64,000 nt of DNA from NCBI GenBank assembly GCA_965232905.1, contig OZ247432.1:95668-159667 (forward strand), written 5' to 3'. The stretch is from Dehalococcoidia bacterium (lineage in GTDB: Bacteria > Chloroflexota > Dehalococcoidia > Lucifugimonadales > UBA1123). Position numbers and translations under genes: made by a program. The number at the start of each line of letters is the position of its first letter. Position 1 is the stretch's first letter. This document shows, piece by piece, positions 54,063 to 62,716 of this stretch. The notes under the pieces are model-generated. The model had not been told where the DNA came from and did not search any database. It worked only from the letters and a program-made list of their open reading frames with translations.

Positions 54063-54758
54063 GTGACCGATATCACACCAATCGATTCCGAACTGCTGGA
54101 AACCCTCCGAGCAATTCCTTCCTGCTCGATCGCAAACGCGATTGAGACCTTTAACGTACAGCCCAGAAACGTTGGCTTCATGGGCCCAGAGATCAAGAGC
54201 ATCTTCCCGAACATGGGTCACATGATCGGCTACGCCGTGACTGCCAAGATCGTGGCTGATGCGCCGCCGTCGGGTCACATGAACGTTTCCAGGACTGAGT
54301 GGGTCGACGAGATCATGAAGGTCCCCGGCCCTCGCGTGCTTGTGCTGGAGGACCTCGACTACCCAAACCCGATCGGATCGTTCTGGGGAGAGGTGCAGGC
54401 AAACTTGCACAGGGCGCTCGGGGCAGTCGGCACTGTCACCAATGGCGGCGTAAGGGACCTCGATGAGATGCAGGAAGCCGGATTCTTCGCCTTCGCCTCG
54501 TGCGTACTGGTATCTCATGCCTATGTCCACATCACGGATGTGGGCGTACCGGTGAAAATCGGTGGGCTCGAAGTTAATTCAGGCGACATCATCCAAGGCG
54601 ACCAGCACGGTGTCATAAAGATTCCTCGCGACATCGCGGCTGAGATTCCTGGCGCAGTCAAGCGGGTGGAAGACAATGAACAGGAGATGATCGGCTACGC
54701 TAACTCCGAAGGTTTCACGGTCGAGGGTCTCAAGGAGATGCTGGCCCAGCGTTACTAG
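54063..54758 (+). CDS. RraA-family protein (RraA / 4-hydroxy-4-methyl-2-oxoglutarate aldolase fold)
   Basis: GTG 54063 is preferred (AAGGAG 6 nt upstream). SCSIANAIE ... VLVLED...GSFWGEVQA ... TNGGVRDLDE resemble RraA/HMG-aldolase blocks. Confidence 0.7.
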   Translation: MTDITPIDSELLETLRAIPSCSIANAIETFNVQPRNVGFMGPEIKSIFPNMGHMIGYAVTAKIVADAPPSGHMNVSRTEWVDEIMKVPGPRVLVLEDLDYPNPIGSFWGEVQANLHRALGAVGTVTNGGVRDLDEMQEAGFFAFASCVLVSHAYVHITDVGVPVKIGGLEVNSGDIIQGDQHGVIKIPRDIAAEIPGAVKRVEDNEQEMIGYANSEGFTVEGLKEMLAQRY

Positions 54759-54774
54759 AAGACGGACAGAGTAG

Positions 54775-55770
54775 ATGGAGCCAGCTATGTCGTCTCCCAA
54801 GGTAGCGTTTATCACCGGACTGCCAGAGAAGGTCGTGGATGTGGTGCTCGGGTATAACCCCGAGGGCTGGAACACCGAGGTCGTCTATCGGGACACCCCG
54901 CTTGAAGACCAGAAGCGCATCGTTGCTGATGCCGACTTCATCATGGTCTATCGCGCGTCCCTTCACGACGACGTTTTGAGGGCGGCAACCGGCGTTCGAA
55001 TAGTTCAGGTCTTGTCTGCAGGATACGACAGCATGAACCTGCGCCTGATGCGCGATCTGGACGTCCCCTGCTGCAACAACGGCGGGGCGAACTCGCGGGC
55101 CGTAGCAGACCACTCAGTGCTGCTCATGCTGGCTGTGTACAAGCAGCTTACGGCGTCCGACGTGTCGACTCGCGAGGGTCGCTGGGGCCAGCCTATCACC
55201 GGGCTCAACACGTTTGAGATGGCGGACAAGCTAGTTGGGATCCTCGGACTCGGAAACATCGGACGGCGGGTCGCCCGCCGCGTGCAGGGATTCGAGTCCA
55301 GGGTCCAGTACTACGACCTGTTCCCGCTGGCTCCAGAAGTCGAGACGGAACTTGGCGTCGCGCGGGTGGGCATCCGCGAACTGTTCGAGACATCGGACAT
55401 AATCTCCGTTCACACGCCGCTCACACCTGGCACACGACACATTGTCAGCCGGGAGCTGATTGGACTGATGAAGCCAACGGCCGTTCTTGTGAACACCAGC
55501 CGGGGGCCTGTGGTGGATGAGTCTGCGCTCATCGATGCACTGCGCGAGGGCAGCATCGCCGCGGCCGGTCTGGACGTATTCGAGAAAGAACCCGTTGAGC
55601 AAGACAACCCTCTCCTGTCCATGGACAACGTTGTCGTCACGCCTCACTCTGCGGGCACGACATGGGACACATGGTTCAGGAGGGCGGAATTCGCATACGA
55701 AAACATGCAGGGCGTCTGGAACGGCGACGCCCCCATGGCTGTTGCACAAGACTACGACATAGAGGACTAG
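54775..55770 (+). CDS. D-isomer-specific 2-hydroxyacid dehydrogenase (PGDH/GyaR-like)
   Basis: 331 aa. GILGLGNIGRRVARR NAD motif, VNTSRGPVVDE, and HSAGTT with the catalytic His. An alternative ATG at 54787 has a GGAG upstream. Confidence 0.88.
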   Translation: MEPAMSSPKVAFITGLPEKVVDVVLGYNPEGWNTEVVYRDTPLEDQKRIVADADFIMVYRASLHDDVLRAATGVRIVQVLSAGYDSMNLRLMRDLDVPCCNNGGANSRAVADHSVLLMLAVYKQLTASDVSTREGRWGQPITGLNTFEMADKLVGILGLGNIGRRVARRVQGFESRVQYYDLFPLAPEVETELGVARVGIRELFETSDIISVHTPLTPGTRHIVSRELIGLMKPTAVLVNTSRGPVVDESALIDALREGSIAAAGLDVFEKEPVEQDNPLLSMDNVVVTPHSAGTTWDTWFRRAEFAYENMQGVWNGDAPMAVAQDYDIED

Positions 55771-55784
55771 GAACAGGAGAGCAG

Positions 55785-56102
55785 ATGGACCCCGTAATCA
55801 AGAGCGTTGACGGCGCCGCCAACCCGGTGCTTGGACCCGACGACGGCGTACCGAACTACGTAATGCTGTGGGTGCAGCACCCTCCCGGAGGCACCAGCGC
55901 CCAGCACATTCACCCCTGGGAGCACCAGGCATACATCGTCGAGGGCGAAGGCGTGCTGTGGGTTGAGGGAGAGGAGTTCCCGATAAAGGCCGGAGACGCC
56001 GTGCTCGTACCACCGGACCGGGAGCACCAGTTCAGGAACACCGGGGACGTCACGCTCAGTCGCGTGACCGTCAACCCGCTAAGCTCAGTCGGGCATGAGT
56101 AG
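55785..56102 (+). CDS. cupin-domain protein
   Basis: Start moved to ATG 55785. 105 aa. HIHPWEHQAYIVEGEG ... GDAVLVPPDREHQFRNTG. The stop overlaps the next ATG by 8 nt. Confidence 0.8.
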   Translation: MDPVIKSVDGAANPVLGPDDGVPNYVMLWVQHPPGGTSAQHIHPWEHQAYIVEGEGVLWVEGEEFPIKAGDAVLVPPDREHQFRNTGDVTLSRVTVNPLSSVGHE

Positions 56103-56397
56103 CGCTCACGACATGGGCGGACGACCCAGCGATGACCCCATCGACCAGTCCACACACGAGTGGGCGGACTGGGAGCACCTCACAAACGCGCTCGTCGGTG
56201 CCCTGCGCAACCACGATCTCATGAACGTGGATGAGCTTCGTCGCGGAATCGAGTCGATGGCTCCCGAAGAGTACCAGGCATCCACGTACTACGAACGCTG
56301 GTCTGCGTCGCTCGAGACCTTGCTGGTCGAGAAGGGAATTCTGGCAACCGACGAGATAGACGCGCGCGCCGCACGGGTGGACGAGCGATGGGAGTAG
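56095..56397 (+). CDS. nitrile hydratase beta subunit, N-terminal half, encoded as a separate polypeptide
   Basis: 100 aa. HDMGG near the N-terminus and YYERWSASLETLLVEKGILATDEI match the conserved helical N-domain of NHase beta. Confidence 0.8.
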   Translation: MSSAHDMGGRPSDDPIDQSTHEWADWEHLTNALVGALRNHDLMNVDELRRGIESMAPEEYQASTYYERWSASLETLLVEKGILATDEIDARAARVDERWE

Positions 56398-56699
56398 TCT
56401 TCTCTGCTGAGCCGGGTCTGTTCGAAGTGGGTGACCCGGTTACAATCAGGTCTGACCAAGTCGACCATCACCACCGCACACCGTGGTTCATCAAGGGCAA
56501 GCCTGGGATAGTTCGGGCAGTTAGCGGCCCCTTCTTCAACCCTGAATCGCGAGCGCACGGCGGAGACGGCGTGCCCAAGCGCCTGCTATACCAGGTCGAA
56601 TTCGACCCGGACGTGGTGTGGGGAGAGCGGTATCATGAAGGCAATAGGGACCTGCTGCTGGTAGATGTCTACGAGCAGTGGTTGGAGCCGAGGGGATAG
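56388..56699 (+). CDS. nitrile hydratase beta subunit, C-terminal (SH3-like) half, encoded as a separate polypeptide
   Basis: 103 aa. FEVGDPVTIRS...HHRTPWFIKGKPGIVRAV...PESRAHG...LYQVEFDPDVVWG...VDVYEQWLEP tracks the NHase beta C-domain. Its ATG overlaps the upstream stop by 10 nt. Confidence 0.8.
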   Translation: MGVVFSAEPGLFEVGDPVTIRSDQVDHHHRTPWFIKGKPGIVRAVSGPFFNPESRAHGGDGVPKRLLYQVEFDPDVVWGERYHEGNRDLLLVDVYEQWLEPRG

Positions 56700-56700
56700 C

Positions 56701-57354
56701 ATGAGCGACGACCATCATGATGAAAGTGAACACGAGGGAATGCAACCAGACACCTCCATAAGCTTCCGGGCAAAGCGGGCGATCGCGATCCATGAGTTGC
56801 TCGTGGAAAAGGGCGTAGTCGCCGCTGGGGAAGTGGAGGAACAGGCAAATCGGGTGCGCTCGAGATCGCCACTGGACGGCGCAAAGGTTGTCGCAAGGAC
56901 ATGGGTTGACCCCGAGTTCAAGTCCAGGCTGCTTGCCGACGCACGGTCAGCGGTTGGCGAAATGGGCTACTCGTTGACCCACGATGCCGAACTCGCGGTG
57001 TTGGAAAACACCGGAGACGTTCATCACCTTGTCGTATGTACCCTGTGTTCATGCTATCCGACCGCCCTGCTTGGTCCTCCGCCCGACTGGTACAAGAGCT
57101 TCGCCTACAGGAAGCGTGCAGTCGTGGAACCGCGCGCGGTCATGAGCGAGTTCGGGCTCGATTTGAGCGATGATGTTCAGGTCCGCGTGGTGGACAGCAC
57201 CGCCGATCTCCGCTACCTCGTACTGCCCCGGCGTCCCGATGGGACTGAAGGCATGTCCGAGGAAGAGTTGTCGGAGCTGGTAACACGGGACAGCATGATA
57301 GGCGTGTCAGAGGCTCTGCGGCCGGAAGCGGCAATGCCTGTAGAGGCCGACTAG
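56701..57354 (+). CDS. nitrile hydratase alpha subunit, cobalt-type metal site
   Basis: Start at ATG 56701, 1 nt after the upstream stop. 217 aa. VVCTLCSCYP is the C-T-L-C-S-C-Y claw-setting motif. Confidence 0.88.
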   Translation: MSDDHHDESEHEGMQPDTSISFRAKRAIAIHELLVEKGVVAAGEVEEQANRVRSRSPLDGAKVVARTWVDPEFKSRLLADARSAVGEMGYSLTHDAELAVLENTGDVHHLVVCTLCSCYPTALLGPPPDWYKSFAYRKRAVVEPRAVMSEFGLDLSDDVQVRVVDSTADLRYLVLPRRPDGTEGMSEEELSELVTRDSMIGVSEALRPEAAMPVEAD

Positions 57355-57366
57355 GGAGGCTCAGTA

Positions 57367-58986
57367 ATGGCAACAGTCACCGGCGCTCAGGCCCTTGTGC
57401 GACAGCTGATCGCCGAGGGAGTCGACACAATCTTCGCCCTTCCCGGTGTGCAGATCATGGCGGCGTTCGACGCCTTCTACGAGTACCAGGATGAAATTCG
57501 TCTCGTTCACGTACGGCACGAGCAGGCCACGACGTACATGGCGGACGGCTACGCCAAGGCGACCGGCAAGGTCGGCGTTGCCATGGCCGTGCCTGGGCCT
57601 GGTGCAATCAACGCTGGCTCTGGACTCGGAACTGCGTTTGCGACATCAACTCCGGTACTTCTTATATCTGGCCAGATAGACAGCCAGTCACTCGGCAGGC
57701 GTGAGGGTCAACTTCACGAGGTCGAAGACCAGCTCGACGTGTTCCGCCCGCTGACCAAGTGGGTACATCGCGTCACGCGCGTAGAGGAGATTCCCGGAGC
57801 CGTCCACGAGGCGTTCAGGCACCTGAAGACTGGCCGACCCAGGCCGGTCGAGCTGGAAATTCCACCGGACACCCTCGCGGCGACGGGTGAGGCAGAGACG
57901 ATTCCTGCAGAAGATTACCCACCTGAGTCGGCAGGAGAAGACGAAATCGCGCAGGCCGCCGATATTCTGGCGTCTGCTGAGCGCCCCGCAATACTCGTTG
58001 GCGGAGGAGCCCGCATTTCCGGAGCAGGGGACGAAGCGCTGCAGCTTGCCGAATTCCTTCAGGCCCCACTGATGGGGACTCAGGACTCCAAGGGCGTGGT
58101 GCCGGAGAACAGCCCGTACTACGTCGGCACCAACTACGCCAGTGTGGGCCCTGCTGACGTCGTGTTTCCAGACACCGACGTGCTCCTGGCAATAGGCACC
58201 AGGCTGCTCTTCAGGGAGCTGCCCGAAGGAGATCAACCGAGGATCATACACATCGACATAGACCCAGACGAGATTGGACGTAATCTCCCGACTGAACTTG
58301 GCATCGTGGCGGACGCCAAGACTGCCTCTGCACAGTTGCTCGACACGCTCAGGGAGTCTTCTCAGCCGAAATCTTCTGACGCCGACAGGATCGCTCGTTT
58401 CCGGTCAGACTTCGCCTCGAGGATGCGGGCCCTGGTCCCGCCACAGGCGCAGATGATCGAAGACATGCGCGCCGCGCTGCCCGATGACGCTGTCGTCGTC
58501 AGCGGCGTGACCAACATCGGTTACTGGAGCAACGTCTTCTTCGAGGTTCGGGAACCCCAGACTTATATCACGTCTGGATACTTCGGCACGCTTGGATATG
58601 CATTTCCGACCGCCCTCGGCGCGCAGGTAGGTCGTCCCGACAGGAAGGTCATAGCCCTGTGTGGCGACGGCGGATTCATGTACAGCCCGCAGGAACTCTC
58701 CTCGGCTATGAGGCATGGAATCAACGCAGTTGCCGTGGTGTTCAACAACAATGCCTTCGGCGCGTCGGAGTGGGACCAGACTCACAGGTACGGCGGCAAC
58801 TTCATTGGCACCGACCTTCATAACCCGGACTTTGTGCAGTTGGCGGAGTCATTCGGCGCCGTTGGGATGAGGACTGACCCTGAAGGATTTGGAGAGATGC
58901 TTGAAGTCGCCCTGAATGCAGACGCGCCAGTGCTTCTCGAGGTCGTTGTTCCTAACATGATGCCTCCATTCCAGATCGTGGAGTAG
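57367..58986 (+). CDS. thiamine-diphosphate-dependent enzyme (acetolactate synthase / benzoylformate decarboxylase superfamily)
   Basis: 539 aa. The N-terminal Pyr domain has the HEQATTYMADGYA catalytic Glu context. The C-terminal ThDP motif is GDGGFMYSPQELSSAMRHGINAVAVVFNNNAFG. Confidence 0.85.
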   Translation: MATVTGAQALVRQLIAEGVDTIFALPGVQIMAAFDAFYEYQDEIRLVHVRHEQATTYMADGYAKATGKVGVAMAVPGPGAINAGSGLGTAFATSTPVLLISGQIDSQSLGRREGQLHEVEDQLDVFRPLTKWVHRVTRVEEIPGAVHEAFRHLKTGRPRPVELEIPPDTLAATGEAETIPAEDYPPESAGEDEIAQAADILASAERPAILVGGGARISGAGDEALQLAEFLQAPLMGTQDSKGVVPENSPYYVGTNYASVGPADVVFPDTDVLLAIGTRLLFRELPEGDQPRIIHIDIDPDEIGRNLPTELGIVADAKTASAQLLDTLRESSQPKSSDADRIARFRSDFASRMRALVPPQAQMIEDMRAALPDDAVVVSGVTNIGYWSNVFFEVREPQTYITSGYFGTLGYAFPTALGAQVGRPDRKVIALCGDGGFMYSPQELSSAMRHGINAVAVVFNNNAFGASEWDQTHRYGGNFIGTDLHNPDFVQLAESFGAVGMRTDPEGFGEMLEVALNADAPVLLEVVVPNMMPPFQIVE

Positions 58987-58995
58987 CGTCCGTCA

Positions 58996-60360
58996 ATGGC
59001 GCACATCCCTCCTCGCAGCAGGGGAACTCTCAGGGCCCAGGCTGACCGGTCGTACGTTTCGCGTGCGATCATCCTGCCGGTCCAGAAGTACATGCACACC
59101 GAGTCAATCGGCGGCATCGTGCTGCTCGTCGCCACTGTGGCAGCTCTCGGCTGGGCCAACTCGCCCTGGCGCGAGGAATACCATCACATTCTCGAGCTCC
59201 ACCTGCACATCGACGTCACAATCTTCGCAGTGGACCTGAGCATCGAAGAGTGGATCAACGACGGTCTGATGGCGCTGTTCTTCTTCGTGATCGGGTTGGA
59301 GATCAAGCGCGAGGTGCTGTATGGGCAACTCTCCACGCTGAGATCCGCAGCTCTGCCTGCCATAGCCGCAATTGGCGGCATGGTCGTGCCGGCCTCCATA
59401 TACCTGCTCTTGAACCTGGACGGCGATGGAATGCGGGGATGGGGAATCCCAATGGCAACGGACATCGCGTTTGCGCTTGGCGTGCTGGCGCTGCTCGGGC
59501 GTCGCATTCCAATGGAGCTCAGGGTATTCATGCTAGGCCTTGCTGTCGTAGACGACCTGGGCGCCATCGCCGTAATCGCGGTAGCGTACACGGAGACCAT
59601 CGACTTCGGACAGCTAGGGATGGCTGCCGGGCTGATAGTAGCCATGATTGTGGCTAACAGGCTGGGTCTGCGCCAGCCGGCAGTTACCGCGGCACTGGCA
59701 TTCCTGATCTGGGTTGCCGTGTTGAAGTCAGGCGTCCATGCCACCGTTGCTGGGGTGCTGATAGCCGGACTCACGCCAGCAATGTCCATGGTCAGTAGGG
59801 AAGAGTTCGCTAACGAATCGGAAGCTCTACTGGCCGAGTATAGGACCGCCATGGCCGCCGGTGACCACGAGCGGGCGGACGCGATTCTCGGTGAGGTCGA
59901 GGAGATCAGTCAGGCTACCGAGGCGCCCCTGGAACGTCTGGAGCGTCTTATCCACCCCTGGTCAAGCTACGTGATTCTACCTCTATTTGCGCTTGCGAAC
60001 GCCGGAATCGAGTTCTCCCATGGCAGCTTCAGTCAGGCTATATCAAGCAGTGTGACCATTGGTGTATTTGCAGGGCTCGTACTAGGGAAACTCGTTGGGA
60101 TAACTCTATTCCCGTTCGTGGCTTCTCGTTTGGGCATCGTCGAACTGCCGAGAGGTATTTCGTGGCTGCACGTGACAGGTGTGGCACTGGTGGGCGGGAT
60201 TGGATTCACCGTGGCGATTTTCGTCACGGGTCTGGCCTTTGACGACCATGTGATCGTCGACAATGCGAAGATGGGCATCCTTGCAGCCTCGCTCGTAGCT
60301 GGACTGGTTGGCTACGGCGTACTCAGGCTCGCAGCCAGGTCTGCCTCCTCGACCGACTAA
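58996..60360 (+). CDS. nhaA: Na+/H+ antiporter NhaA
   Basis: 454 aa. WINDGLMALFFFVIGLEIKRE and GIPMATDIAFALGVL contain the conserved Asp pair region. Confidence 0.9.
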   Translation: MAHIPPRSRGTLRAQADRSYVSRAIILPVQKYMHTESIGGIVLLVATVAALGWANSPWREEYHHILELHLHIDVTIFAVDLSIEEWINDGLMALFFFVIGLEIKREVLYGQLSTLRSAALPAIAAIGGMVVPASIYLLLNLDGDGMRGWGIPMATDIAFALGVLALLGRRIPMELRVFMLGLAVVDDLGAIAVIAVAYTETIDFGQLGMAAGLIVAMIVANRLGLRQPAVTAALAFLIWVAVLKSGVHATVAGVLIAGLTPAMSMVSREEFANESEALLAEYRTAMAAGDHERADAILGEVEEISQATEAPLERLERLIHPWSSYVILPLFALANAGIEFSHGSFSQAISSSVTIGVFAGLVLGKLVGITLFPFVASRLGIVELPRGISWLHVTGVALVGGIGFTVAIFVTGLAFDDHVIVDNAKMGILAASLVAGLVGYGVLRLAARSASSTD

Positions 60361-60364
60361 GCGC

Positions 60365-60520
60365 CTATCCGCGCCTGCCCCTCAGCCTGTCGAATATCAT
60401 CGCGACTCCGACCGCCACCAGCAGCAGCGGCCAGTAGGTCCCCAGGCCGCCTTCGATTATGTCCAGGCGCTCCAGTAGCAGCACTACCCCGACAATTACG
60501 AGTACTATGCCGATAAACAC
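60365..60520 (-). CDS. unannotated small two-TM membrane protein (51 aa)
   Basis: Below the ORF-track size cutoff. My translation from GTG 60520 is VFIGIVLVIVGVVLLLERLDIIEGGLGTYWPLLLVAVGVAMIFDRLRGRRG. GGGAG lies 8 nt upstream. Confidence 0.4.
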   Translation of the reverse strand: MFIGIVLVIVGVVLLLERLDIIEGGLGTYWPLLLVAVGVAMIFDRLRGRRG

Positions 60521-60561
60521 TGCTCGCTCCCGCTGGCTTTAGTGGCTCTTCCTACTTCGGG

Positions 60562-61713
60562 CTATGGGCCCTCTTCATAGTATTGTAGTGGCGACCGGGG
60601 GGCGAAGGGCTTGTACGGGTACTTGGCGAGACTGTCCTCGTCGATGTCGATTCCGATTCCAGGGGTGTCCGGTACCTTGATGTACCCGTTTTCGACCTCG
60701 AAGGGCTGCTTAGCGATGTCCCTGCCGAAGTCCTCCAGGTTCACGAAATACTCTGTTATCAGGAAGTTGGGGATCGCCGCCGACACCTGGATCGTGGCCG
60801 CCAGTCCGAGTGTCGTGCTGTTGAAGTTGTGAGGCGAGACGACGACGTAGTATGGCTCGGCCATCGCCGCGATCTCTTTGAGTTCCAGGATTCCTCCGAC
60901 GTTGCAGACGTCCGGGTTGAGAATATCTGCTGCCTGCTTCTCGAATACGTCTCGGAACTCGAACTTGGTGTAGAGCTCTTCGCCCGTGACGATCGGAATG
61001 TTCACGTCGCGCTTGACGGCTGCGAGAGCGTCGATGTTTTCGGCGAGCACGGGCTCTTCATACCAGAACGGCCTGTACCGTTCAATCTCGCGCCCGATCC
61101 TGCGCGCGTGCATCGGGGCGAGCCTCCGGTGCATTTCGATGAGAATGTCCACGTCCCAGCCGACTGCCTCGCGCACGGCTCTCACATTCTCGATTGCAGC
61201 ATTTTCGACGTCCTTGCTGACGAACGTCCGCCACGGGCCCGGTATCGGGTCGAACTTCATGGCGCTGAAGCCCATCTCGACGACTTCCTGCGCACGCTCC
61301 GCAAGCTGCTCAGGACCGCCGCCACCGCCTCCCCAGCCGTTGGCGTAAACCCTGATCTTGTCACGGCAGGCGCCGCCGAGGAGCATGTGCACCGGCATAC
61401 CCGCGACCTTGCCGGTGATGTCCCATAGTGCGTGCTCGATGCCGCTGACGGCGCACCAGAAGTCCATCGCCCCGCGACGTCCGGCGAAGTCGTCGTATGA
61501 CCACTGGAGAAAGTGCTTGATGTTTCGCGGGTCTCGTCCAATCAGGTACCTGCGGAGCTGATCGATGTGCGCCGTTACCTGCACGTCCCGGTCGGACTGT
61601 GTGTACGACTCACCCCAACCGTAGATGCCCTCGTCGGTCTCTACCTTGACGAAGCAGAGGTTCTTTCCGCGGCCCGGATTCGCGAGGAAGTGCTTGACGT
61701 CGGTTATCTGCAT
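60562..61713 (-). CDS. enolase-superfamily dehydratase (mandelate racemase / D-galactonate dehydratase-like)
   Basis: Start moved to ATG 61713 (AGGAGA 5 nt upstream). MQITDVKHFL...FVKVETDEGIYGWGE, and metal ligands in the DILIEMH, WYEEP and VSPHN contexts. Confidence 0.85.
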   Translation of the reverse strand: MQITDVKHFLANPGRGKNLCFVKVETDEGIYGWGESYTQSDRDVQVTAHIDQLRRYLIGRDPRNIKHFLQWSYDDFAGRRGAMDFWCAVSGIEHALWDITGKVAGMPVHMLLGGACRDKIRVYANGWGGGGGGPEQLAERAQEVVEMGFSAMKFDPIPGPWRTFVSKDVENAAIENVRAVREAVGWDVDILIEMHRRLAPMHARRIGREIERYRPFWYEEPVLAENIDALAAVKRDVNIPIVTGEELYTKFEFRDVFEKQAADILNPDVCNVGGILELKEIAAMAEPYYVVVSPHNFNSTTLGLAATIQVSAAIPNFLITEYFVNLEDFGRDIAKQPFEVENGYIKVPDTPGIGIDIDEDSLAKYPYKPFAPRSPLQYYEEGP

Positions 61714-61732
61714 GTCTGTCTCCTGCTGGGAC

Positions 61733-62497
61733 TTATTGGGCTGTCCACCCGCCGTCCAGTACAAGCTCGCTTCCCGTCATCCAGCCGGACTCGTCAGAGG
61801 CGAGGTAGAGGACTCCGTTGGCGATCTCCTCGGGCTCTCCGTAGCGCCCCATGGGTATGCGCGAGATCATCCGCTCGTAGTTGCCCGGATCGCCTCGGCG
61901 GGCCTGGGTCATCGGCGTGTTGACCGGGCCTGGGTGGACAGAGTTGCATCGTATGTCATATTCCGCGTACTGCATTGCCGTCAGTTTCGTCAGGAGCCTG
62001 ACCGCCCCTTTTGACGACTGGTACTGAGCGCTCGACATCTCAGTGCCCACGATTCCAAGCTGCGACGAGATGTTGATGATGGAGCCGCCTCCTGAGTCGA
62101 TCATGGCGGGGATGGCGACCTTCGTGCCAAGAAATACCCCCTTGGCGTTGATGTCCATCACGTGGTCCCAGTCAGCTTCCGTGGTCTCGTGCACAAGGCC
62201 CCACTGGCTCACACCGGCGTTGTTGACCAGGATGTCGAGGCGGCCGTACTCGGCAACCGTCTTTTCGATAGCCGCCTGCCATTCCGCCTCGCTTGTTACA
62301 TCGAGATGCAGGAAGAGGCAGTCGCCTCCCGCGTCACTGATCTCCTGAGCGACCGATGAACCGTCTTCCAGGACATCCCCGATGGCGACCTTAGCGCCCT
62401 CACGAGCGAAGGTCTGAGCTTCTACTGCCCCCATCCCGCGCGCGCCGCCACTTATGAATGCAACTTTGCCCTCGAGTCTCACGGTTGGCTCCCTCAA
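61733..62497 (-). CDS. SDR-family oxidoreductase
   Basis: 254 aa. SGGARGMG, NNAG, and a YQSSK catalytic motif. Confidence 0.88.
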   Translation of the reverse strand: MREPTVRLEGKVAFISGGARGMGAVEAQTFAREGAKVAIGDVLEDGSSVAQEISDAGGDCLFLHLDVTSEAEWQAAIEKTVAEYGRLDILVNNAGVSQWGLVHETTEADWDHVMDINAKGVFLGTKVAIPAMIDSGGGSIINISSQLGIVGTEMSSAQYQSSKGAVRLLTKLTAMQYAEYDIRCNSVHPGPVNTPMTQARRGDPGNYERMISRIPMGRYGEPEEIANGVLYLASDESGWMTGSELVLDGGWTAQ

Positions 62498-62518
62498 TCA
62501 CCTGAATCCTGGTTGAAG

Positions 62519-62716
62519 TTAGTCGCTGTCGTTCTGTTCCAGTTGGGCGACGTTGTTGATCATTGTCTCAGCCCAGAGTCGGAGATTGTCGTCAAGGTCT
62601 GCACCGCAGTGTGGACACTCGTAGTCCCCCTGGCAGTAGCGCATCCCGCAAGTGGGGCAGGGGGGAATGAGGTCAAGGCCGTCGATCAAGTATTGGATCT
62701 GCGCTTCAGTTGCCAT
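62519..62716 (-). CDS. small Cys4 zinc-ribbon protein
   Basis: 65 aa from ATG 62716 (MATEAQIQYL...). CPTCG-x11-CPHCG. Overlaps the kinase stop by 11 nt. Confidence 0.5.
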   Translation of the reverse strand: MATEAQIQYLIDGLDLIPPCPTCGMRYCQGDYECPHCGADLDDNLRLWAETMINNVAQLEQNDSD

